In this document: piece after piece, positions 18,300-26,500 of the stretch
Layout: every line of letters starts with the position of its first letter
How positions within the stretch are numbered: position 1 is the stretch's first letter
Source: an uncultured Armatimonadetes bacterium
Lineage (GTDB): Bacteria > Armatimonadota > Armatimonadia > Armatimonadales > Armatimonadaceae
Assembly (NCBI GenBank): GCA_903924445.1
Contig: CAIYBQ010000128.1
Span: 1-45,765, forward strand
DNA length: 45,765 nt
Direction of reading: 5' to 3'
Notes under the pieces: generated by a model
What the model was told of the DNA's origin: nothing
Database searches by the model: none
What the model saw: the letters and a program-made list of their open reading frames with translations, nothing else
Position numbers and translations under genes: made by a program

Positions 18300-20503
18300 T
18301 CAATCGCAGTGCATTGATGCCGGTTGAGCTGCAATCTGTACAAGTCCTTGGTAAACGCCAAGCATCTGTTGCAATGCGCTACGCGCGGTTGTCCCGTGCC
18401 TTTACGCTCACTGAGCTCCTTGTGGTTATCGCAATCACAACAATTCTCCTCGGATTGTTGTTTGTGCCAATCATCCAAGGCTTCAACATCACACGCCGGG
18501 CTGCTGCTGAGACCGCAGCGCAGGCTGCTGTCCGGACTGGTCTCGAACGGATTTCCCGTGACTTGTCACAGGCTGTCTATGTCTTTGACAACAGCGCAAC
18601 GCCGATTTTGATGCCACTTTCACGCACATTTCCTATCGGTCCGGGCGGGGCTAACACCAACCAACCCCATATTCTGTTCGCGAAGATTGACTTTGTACCT
18701 CGCGGTGGAAAAGCACCTTCGGCGAGCGTCATAGACCCGACGACGGGTGAGCCAATGTCTGGGAAGACGCTGACATTGCCGCTGGCAAACGGAACACGGG
18801 TCATTCGGTACTTTCTTGGACTCCGACGTAACCTCGATGCAGCCGGTGCTGTCAAGCCGTATCTGAACCAATATGAGTTCAGCTCACGAGCGGATGGTGG
18901 CAACCCTGACAATGAGCATAATCCGCTCATCGTCTACCGGGCTGAGTTTGATCCTAAGGATCCTAATCTCTTTGACCTTGCCAATTACGGTAGTGTCGTC
19001 GATGGAGATGGCGGCTTTAACGACCCGGCATTTTTCTACAACACAAATCCTGCGCCAAATGGCCGCTCCTACGCACAGAACTGGAGAGACATCGCGAGTC
19101 CTCTGGTTGACTCTGATAAGGCAGATATGCTCGCGTGGCGCCGTGATGGCTCCGGTGCGCTCGTCACAGAAGCTCCATTCCGAACGCTTGTGACATTCAC
19201 ACCAGGAACGATTGTCGGCGATACCGCGACGCCTGGATTCATGAATAATGCAGCGGCGGAAGCGCCTGGTGCTGTGCCAACACGCTACAGAACCAAAAAT
19301 GGACAGTGGGCGCTTCCATATAGCGTAACGTTCTACCGCGCAGCGGGTGGGGCAGGACAGTCGCGTCCATCGTTTGGTGAGCTTCGTATCAGGTTTGAGA
19401 ATGAGCCTCAAGTCGATGGATCTACACGCCTCCGTGTCGTACCGACGGCAGCATCCGGAAGCCTTTCAGTAACACCTGAGCAGTTCTACACTGCGATTTC
19501 GCCAACGAGCGGAAAGTTGTTCGTCAAGACTCCGAACCTGTCGTTCCAGGTAGATGCGCGTACTGGCGCCATTGAAACTGGTTTCCAGCCGGTGGCTGGT
19601 ACAGGCGGCGGTGTTCCAATGCTGAACGCTGGCGGTGTGATTGGACCGATGACCGCTAGTGTTTATCCGCTGCGTGGTGATTTGATTCCATTGATTATGC
19701 GGATGGTCTCTCGGGATCCAAATGCTGGGACAAATGGAGTTCCCACGAATCAGGGTCTAACTGCGATTGCACCGTTCGGTCTTGGTGATGTAGCACCGTA
19801 TTACCCGCTCTCTGGCGCGACGTTACCTGTGGCGACTGCATCCCCAATGCAAGTCTTTGGCAATGTAGTAGGAGGCGCGATTGCATCGGGCGGCGGTTTG
19901 ATGATCACCCCAGGCAGCGAGCGTGTGCAGGCTCCGGATCTCCAACAGGGAAGTTCGTCAATCGCAAATCTCGTCACTTGGTACCGTGCTGCTGGTGCTA
20001 CTACATCAATCGCGAAGAAGGCTACACAGCTGGATGATGTTCTTGACGCATCCGGTGGTATCCGTAAGCGATGGACAGTAACGGGTGGACAACGCAATTA
20101 CATCTTGGACCAAGATACGCAAGTCAATCAGAGCGCGATGTTGCTATTCGATGAACCGAATGGTCCAGGATTGCCAGCCAAATCAATCACTGATGGGAAC
20201 ACAATCGCTGAAAGAGAAGTCAGACTTACCTATCTCTGGCAGAACAACTATGCACGACGCATTGGTGGTGATCAGAATGGATGGCCTGTAGATGCATCCG
20301 ATCATACACTCATCGATCTCGCTGGTGGTGCTACGAATGGCAAACAGACGTTAGTTGTCGAACCGGATGTTGTCAAAGTCGATTACAGCACTCGTTCACA
20401 GCTGGTGATTCAGTACGGTGTGAATGTCTATGATGGTGCGAGTAAGCGTGCAACAACAATGCAGCTTTCTGACCGCGTTAAAGTCGGCAATTTAGGACGG
20501 TAG
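18296..20503 (+). CDS. Giant minor-pilin/pseudopilin-like protein with a GspJ/PilW-like N-terminus (735 aa)
   Basis: ...MRYARLSRA|[28 protein letters not shown] has Phe+1 and Glu+5. A perfect SD, AAGGAG (18283-18288), sits 7 nt before ATG 18296. That ATG overlaps the upstream stop (ATGA). ATG 18374 is an alternative start. No Cys. Confidence 0.68.
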   Translation: MINRSALMPVELQSVQVLGKRQASVAMRYARLSRAFTLTELLVVIAITTILLGLLFVPIIQGFNITRRAAAETAAQAAVRTGLERISRDLSQAVYVFDNSATPILMPLSRTFPIGPGGANTNQPHILFAKIDFVPRGGKAPSASVIDPTTGEPMSGKTLTLPLANGTRVIRYFLGLRRNLDAAGAVKPYLNQYEFSSRADGGNPDNEHNPLIVYRAEFDPKDPNLFDLANYGSVVDGDGGFNDPAFFYNTNPAPNGRSYAQNWRDIASPLVDSDKADMLAWRRDGSGALVTEAPFRTLVTFTPGTIVGDTATPGFMNNAAAEAPGAVPTRYRTKNGQWALPYSVTFYRAAGGAGQSRPSFGELRIRFENEPQVDGSTRLRVVPTAASGSLSVTPEQFYTAISPTSGKLFVKTPNLSFQVDARTGAIETGFQPVAGTGGGVPMLNAGGVIGPMTASVYPLRGDLIPLIMRMVSRDPNAGTNGVPTNQGLTAIAPFGLGDVAPYYPLSGATLPVATASPMQVFGNVVGGAIASGGGLMITPGSERVQAPDLQQGSSSIANLVTWYRAAGATTSIAKKATQLDDVLDASGGIRKRWTVTGGQRNYILDQDTQVNQSAMLLFDEPNGPGLPAKSITDGNTIAEREVRLTYLWQNNYARRIGGDQNGWPVDASDHTLIDLAGGATNGKQTLVVEPDVVKVDYSTRSQLVIQYGVNVYDGASKRATTMQLSDRVKVGNLGR

Positions 20504-20508
20504 TCAAG

Positions 20509-23500
20509 ATGCACGGAAACACGATCCCCGGGTTTAGGACAAACCGACGACATCGCGAAGGTGGACAATCGCTCACGGTTGCCGTCGTTGTGATGTTCCT
20601 CCTGCTGTTTATTGCTGGACTTTTCATTGCGTTGGTCATTAACAACCTTCGCAACACAAAAGATGCAGCACAGCGCGTTAACGCGACAAAGTATGCTGAA
20701 GCCGGTCTTCGTTATCTCGATGAGCAGTTAACTAAGTCCCCAGAGGGTGCTGACTGGCGTCCAAACCCGAACGATCCACTCGGTGACCAGAACCCGGCGG
20801 CTGATCCTACAGATGCAGTCAACGATGTCGATCCAAATGATCCAGACTACGAATGGCTCGCGGAAGTGTTTCCGGGGCGTGATGGCTACGCCGCAGATGG
20901 TACTCCTCAGGACTTTGGACCGTATACGCGCGTTGAGTTTGGTGGACCAACACCGTCGCAAGGCAATCTTGGTGGTCGGGCACTCGTTCGCGTCGCCTAT
21001 CGTCCTGTAACAAAGGACGCTCTCAATTCCACGCCTGACCAAAAGTACCTACGACTTGACTCCGTCGGACGTGTAGGAAGCATAGATCCTGCCGACCCGA
21101 CGACATTTGGCAACACAGAAGCAAAAGGCCTTCGCCGTGAGCTGTTAGCTTACAAGGCAATCGGCTTGACGGATTACATCCGCTGGTTTACCAATAAGGA
21201 CAATCGAACCGTCCCTGCGACCATCGGGTCAGTCAATACCGTTGTTGACACCCCGGTTGACACCGCTGGTGGAACCCGACCTGTTACAGCGCCTGTTGAG
21301 CGTGAGATTATCAACTACTTTGATGGTCCTATCCGCGCAAATGGCAATCTTGCGTTCTACGGTGTCAATGTGCTTACCTTGGATGCCCGCCGAAACGATG
21401 CTGTTGAAGTGAATGGAACAATCAGCCTTAATGGTCTGGATGATGCGGCGGCGACAGTAACAGCGACAGATCCGACCCGGGTGTACCTTAATGTTGCAGC
21501 TAGCGGCGTACCTAGCGTGCTCCCAAGTCTGTCCGCAAACTTTACGACCATCAGTGGTCTGGTACGTGACAATCCATCCGGCGGTGATGTAACCGAGCTC
21601 AACGGCTTGGATAAGAACCTCCGAACGGTCGCGCGTCTTGAAGCACCTCGCCTCGATGAACAAATCGGACCGAATGGCCTTACCCGCTATCGGTCGCTGA
21701 CACAGTTTTCAGAACCCCTTGCGTCAAAGCATATGACGACATCAGATGCAAGTGACCTCGCAGCTCTCGGCGCAGAGCTTCCTGGACAGGTTGGCTGGGG
21801 CAGCGGTCTCTACATCAACAACCGTGAGGATGTGCAACGGGAATCCGAAAGCCTCCTTGGTGCCTATTCCCTTCGGAGCGATTGGTTGAATCCAGGTGGT
21901 TCTGCGTACTGGCGTGGCGACTTTAAGTATGTGCCACCGGCAGTCACAATCACATTCCATCCTCGCTATGTCAAGATTGACCGTTCACCAACAAGCGTTG
22001 GCCGTTCGCCATTCCGAAATCCATCAGGCCGCCGGTTGTCCGGTAGTAGCACGATTATTCGCTACTCCGGGCCCAGCGATACCGCTCCAGCGGCTGGACT
22101 CAATCAAAATGGCAACCTGGTCTACAAATTTAAGGGATATCCAACCGAGCAAGCCACAGTCAACGGCGTAACCGTAAACAAGGGCGAACTTGTAATTTTC
22201 GCTGAAGGGAACGTCCGTGTAAAGGGAACCGTCGGTGGACGGGATCCAGAAACGGGTGAGCTCTACGTTCGCAACATCACCCTGGTATCCAATGAGAATA
22301 TCTATGTCGATGGAAACCTCCTCAGAGATAATCTGTCTGCATCCAACCCCGGCGACTTTGCGGTTCAGGGGCAATCATCCATTGCTCTGCTGGCACGGAA
22401 CTATGTCGCAGTAAACTCCACGCAGTTCATGTCACCTGATGAAGGACTTGTCAAAGCAGAAGAAGTTGGCTCGGATGCAAAGGCCTTGTTCCTTTCCGCC
22501 AATGCTGCGAACCGGAGCCATGGCGTACGCATCAATGCGGGTCCAATTGATGACAAGGGGACATCACCTTGGGGTGGGACGACTCCGTTCTACACACCTC
22601 GACTGTTCATGCGTCATTCTGCAGAAACAAATGCTGGCACGGCAGTGTCCTTCTCCTTGAATGACAATAACGGTGTTCCGAATCCATTGGTTCTCAATGT
22701 TCCCGGACGGGTGATTGGCGCTGGAAACGCTACATTGCTCCTTGGTGGACCAGCTCAAAATGCCGGTGCATACATCGACGATGTAATTCAGCTCGACACC
22801 AACCTGATGTTCCCGACGCACACCAGCCCGGTTACGGTGGGGAGTGCCGTTGGTATAGACAATGTCCTCAGAGTCTACTTTGATATCAGTGCAGGAATCA
22901 GCAACCAATCGGACTACCGAGTGACACGTATTGGTGTTGCTCCACTTGATGTCCGTGTCGAAGCTTTGATGTATGCGCAGGACCGGTCGTTCTTTATCAT
23001 CCCCGGACCATGGTTCAACCCAGATCCAAATGATACGTACGAGCGGTACGCGGTGAGTGATCCAAATCGCGGTGGGGCGCCTCGCTTGTCGCGCAGCGGT
23101 GATGCTCCTGGTAACGCCCGGATCAACCCAAGGTATCCGTTCTACGGACAACCGATGGACATCCGCTTGACGTTCTTCGGAGCCATCGCGGAAAATATGC
23201 CAGCTGAAATCGGAGACCAGGCTGCGTGGCTCGAAAAATGGGGATGGATTCCACATTACTACGGTTCCACCGGTCTTCCAGTGGCGCCTGGTTACAGCAG
23301 CTCTGGTGTGGTTGAACAAACCATCCATGGACAGAACTCGCCGCAGGCTAGTTTGAGAGGTCCACAAGGTTCTGGAGCTGGAATCGTCTACGAATATGAT
23401 TCACGATGGGAAGCGCCTGGAACCATTCGCTTGGATGCTTACAAGCGCCAGCTTCCACTCGCACCACGGCTTCCAACAGCCCCTGGATTACTCTACGTTG

Positions 23501-23523
23501 GCGAAGATCCACAGAATCGGTGA
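20509..23523 (+). CDS. Giant PilX/GspK-like protein (1004 aa)
   Basis: MHGNTIPGFRTNRRHREGGQSLTVAVVVMFLLLFIAGLFIALVINNLRNTKDAAQRVNATKYAEAGLRYL matches the PilX_N/GspK pattern: basic leader, hydrophobic helix without Glu+5, then a YxAEAGL helix. It starts 5 nt after the upstream stop. No Cys. Confidence 0.55.
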   Translation: MHGNTIPGFRTNRRHREGGQSLTVAVVVMFLLLFIAGLFIALVINNLRNTKDAAQRVNATKYAEAGLRYLDEQLTKSPEGADWRPNPNDPLGDQNPAADPTDAVNDVDPNDPDYEWLAEVFPGRDGYAADGTPQDFGPYTRVEFGGPTPSQGNLGGRALVRVAYRPVTKDALNSTPDQKYLRLDSVGRVGSIDPADPTTFGNTEAKGLRRELLAYKAIGLTDYIRWFTNKDNRTVPATIGSVNTVVDTPVDTAGGTRPVTAPVEREIINYFDGPIRANGNLAFYGVNVLTLDARRNDAVEVNGTISLNGLDDAAATVTATDPTRVYLNVAASGVPSVLPSLSANFTTISGLVRDNPSGGDVTELNGLDKNLRTVARLEAPRLDEQIGPNGLTRYRSLTQFSEPLASKHMTTSDASDLAALGAELPGQVGWGSGLYINNREDVQRESESLLGAYSLRSDWLNPGGSAYWRGDFKYVPPAVTITFHPRYVKIDRSPTSVGRSPFRNPSGRRLSGSSTIIRYSGPSDTAPAAGLNQNGNLVYKFKGYPTEQATVNGVTVNKGELVIFAEGNVRVKGTVGGRDPETGELYVRNITLVSNENIYVDGNLLRDNLSASNPGDFAVQGQSSIALLARNYVAVNSTQFMSPDEGLVKAEEVGSDAKALFLSANAANRSHGVRINAGPIDDKGTSPWGGTTPFYTPRLFMRHSAETNAGTAVSFSLNDNNGVPNPLVLNVPGRVIGAGNATLLLGGPAQNAGAYIDDVIQLDTNLMFPTHTSPVTVGSAVGIDNVLRVYFDISAGISNQSDYRVTRIGVAPLDVRVEALMYAQDRSFFIIPGPWFNPDPNDTYERYAVSDPNRGGAPRLSRSGDAPGNARINPRYPFYGQPMDIRLTFFGAIAENMPAEIGDQAAWLEKWGWIPHYYGSTGLPVAPGYSSSGVVEQTIHGQNSPQASLRGPQGSGAGIVYEYDSRWEAPGTIRLDAYKRQLPLAPRLPTAPGLLYVGEDPQNR

Positions 23524-23549
23524 TGGATACAGGATTAGGAACGATAACC

Positions 23550-26500
23550 ATGCAATGGCTTGATCGGAAAATCACACAGGTAAAGGCTGGCTGGATTGCA
23601 ACGTGCAGCAAAGGGCTAATCGCGCTTGCTGCATTATCCTGTCTTGGCACAGCATCCAGCGCTGATATCACGACCTACTCCACCAACAAACGTGTCTTTA
23701 AAGTTGGTGTACTCCTTGTGGATTCAACGGGATTCAACTTCGCGACTAATCCACCTGCACCACTGCCGGGTGGACCTGAAAATCCAGATCCTCACGTATT
23801 CTATGTTGCTGATTCACGACAGGACCTCAAGCCCGCTAACTGGGAGCTGATCAACCCATTGGCACCGAAGACTGTCACATCGGATATCTATGCTCGCTGG
23901 AGCCAGCCCGGTACAGGACGTGATCAAGCACATCCTTATAAGGTAGGCCAGCAAGTCACCAAGGATATGGCTTGCTACTGGGAAGTGAAGCTTTCGTCTG
24001 CATCAGTAGCTGATCTAGCACAATTTGACTTGCTGTTCGTAACAAACCATCGCACTGTTTTCCTAACACCGGAAGACCGCGAAAAGCTCCGCAAAGTCGT
24101 GGATGCAGGTGCTGTTTTGTGGATGGAAGACTGCTCCCGGATGCGCCTTCATCCGCGGGCACCATTTTTCCTTGAAGATGTTCAGTTTACGAGTGGTGGT
24201 GGTCAGGGCAAGCCTGTCGTTTATATGCCGGGCCATCCCCTGCTGAATCAGCCGTATGCACTCAGCGCACGTGACATCAATCGACTTGGTGATGCTAACT
24301 ATGGTGGGGGACGCGCAATTGCCTCGCATCGCCCTGGTGCTCTGCTTGCAACCGATGCTCCTCTCCTAGCACGTCCAAACCCGCAGGTCTTGCACAACGT
24401 GGTTGGAAACTCGGCAGTCGTTTCATCGACTGGTGAGTATCTCCCGTACATCGCTGCCGGCTCCTATGGAAGTGGTGGAGTCCTGATCACTGCAGGTGAC
24501 AGTGGCTGCGACATAAATGACTATGTCGGTGGTGTCAATATCGGAGCTGGTGGAAACTCCGGCGCATATTCAGGGAAGAATCTCTGGGCTGCACAAAGCG
24601 AAGATCTGCGCTTCGTTTACAACGCGATTGCTTGGGGGTCATCAAGCACCTCCTATCGTAAGAACAACCGTCGCGTTGGAGCCAGCCTCGAAATGGTTGG
24701 TGCTCCACTAATCGATGGCTTTGCTGTTGTTCCGACTTCCGTTGATCCTGCGTTCTCATCGGTTACCTCTCCGCTTGTAACACAAGGTCTTACGATCGCA
24801 TCTGGCGTAAGCGGCGGAGTCGGATTTGTGCGTGCCTACATTTCGCAGCCGTCCTTGGCTGCTGGTGACCGTGGACTTCCCGACCTCATCTTTGGCACGG
24901 CTTGGGATGAAGTATGGCGAGCGCCTATCGGAAGCGCAGGTGTCCCATCTACACCTGTATCCGCTCAGATCTACGTTGGGCTTCCTGCTCCAGTAGAAGT
25001 TGTCTTTGTGACGCTCGGGGATGGAACTCTCGCACGTGTTCCGATGCAATCCAAAGATGACGCGGGTAATCTGCTTGCGCTTCCTGTCGTTGAGACGAAT
25101 GCTCCAGTAGCAATCGGATCGCCATCTACGTACGAGAAGACAGCCTACAACGCTGCTCCAGCACCCGTCGTTTTCGAAAATCGTGTCTATGTAGTTGAGC
25201 CATCGGGATTAGTCCGCTGTGTGGATGCCCGAACGCTGACGACACTCTGGTGGAGCCATACCGAAGCGCTGAACCCAAGCGTAACGCCAAAGGGAACTCC
25301 AACACTGGGCGTCTCGCGACAGGATGTTGGGCAAGTTGGGTTTGGCCGCCGGGATGCATCGATTGCAAGCCGGTCAAATGGCAATACAAACGACGTGATG
25401 CTTTACACACCAGTTGTTGATGCAGACGGCAATGCGCATATCTATGCTTACTGGCTTGGAACGCGCCATGAAGTGGTTCGCACCGATGAGGGCGCGAGTG
25501 GAAACTACCGTACCCGTGTTGCACTGGACAACTCAGCGCCGGTAAACAATCGCCACTACGTAGCGCTCGGTAGGCCTGAGTTCATTACGCCAAGAGTTCG
25601 GGTTTATGACAGCGCTGATGCGATGAATCTCGGCGTATTGTCGACATCCTATTTCGGGACGTTCCGAGCGGATGGCTCAGGATTTGTTGAGGTACGTGGT
25701 ACGAACGGTGATGTTCCAGTCGGTCCTCGTCCTGTGATTTCCGTTGACTACGATGTTATGTATGTCACTGAGGATGCGACGCCTCCAGGCCTCGAAGAGG
25801 GAATCGGTGCACGCCTCGGACAACCATTGGTCATTCCTCAGCTGGATGTGACGCCGGTATCGAGTGGTCTTGACACGGTCGCAATGACAAACGAAGACCT
25901 CCTCGTCTTTGCTGTCCGTCAAACCAATGACCGCAACGGCTCTGGGCTCACAAGCATCATAGGAGTCAATGAGCAGTTCTCTGTTGGTGCGACAAAGTTC
26001 CGTCAGAATGTTGCTATTCTCGAGGACGTAGCTCCTATTAGTGCGCCTGTTGACCGACGAGTGGTCACCGAACTGCCGACATTGCGTAACCGTTTGATCT
26101 TTACTGGCGGAATCAGTACCAGCATGGGGGCAATCCTGGCTCCTGCCTGGGAAGGCCTTACCAATGTTCGTATTATGGGAAGCCCTGCAGTTTCTGCCGA
26201 TGGCATCTCATATGTCGTTGCACAGGCAACATCCGTTGCTAACAACGGTACGGTCTCTGTCATGATTGCGCTTCAGATGGACAAGGATGTCACACTCAAC
26301 CTCCCTGAAGCATACAACCCTGCCTACCCAGTGTCCGTTCGTCAATACAATGCGTTGACGTATCCGGCAACAGGTTCAGATCCTGTCCAAACGACGACAG
26401 CCATTCTTCCTGCGAACGCGGTGGACAATGTTGTTTCGTCTGTTCAGCTGACTGGCGATGCAAAGCGGGGCAAGATAACCGTCACCGATATGCGTCATCC

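Noticed and set aside
22564-23367. Long antisense ORFs inside the large genes, for example 22564-23367- (267 aa), 32516-33346- (276 aa), 10289-11032- (247 aa), 15838-16473- (211 aa), 41473-42120- (215 aa), 29750-30304-, 44862-45374- and 45175-45756+
   Set aside because: They lie entirely within strongly supported genes on the opposite strand or in another frame. Their composition is Arg/Ser/Cys-rich and looks like noise, and they have no SD or motifs. Such shadow ORFs are expected at this GC content.
23620-23650. A possible lipobox in the ORF5 signal peptide (AALSC)
   Set aside because: Positions -3 and -2 (A, L) do not fit the L-[AS]-[GA]-C consensus. An ordinary signal peptidase I site (SSA|D) follows the hydrophobic region.
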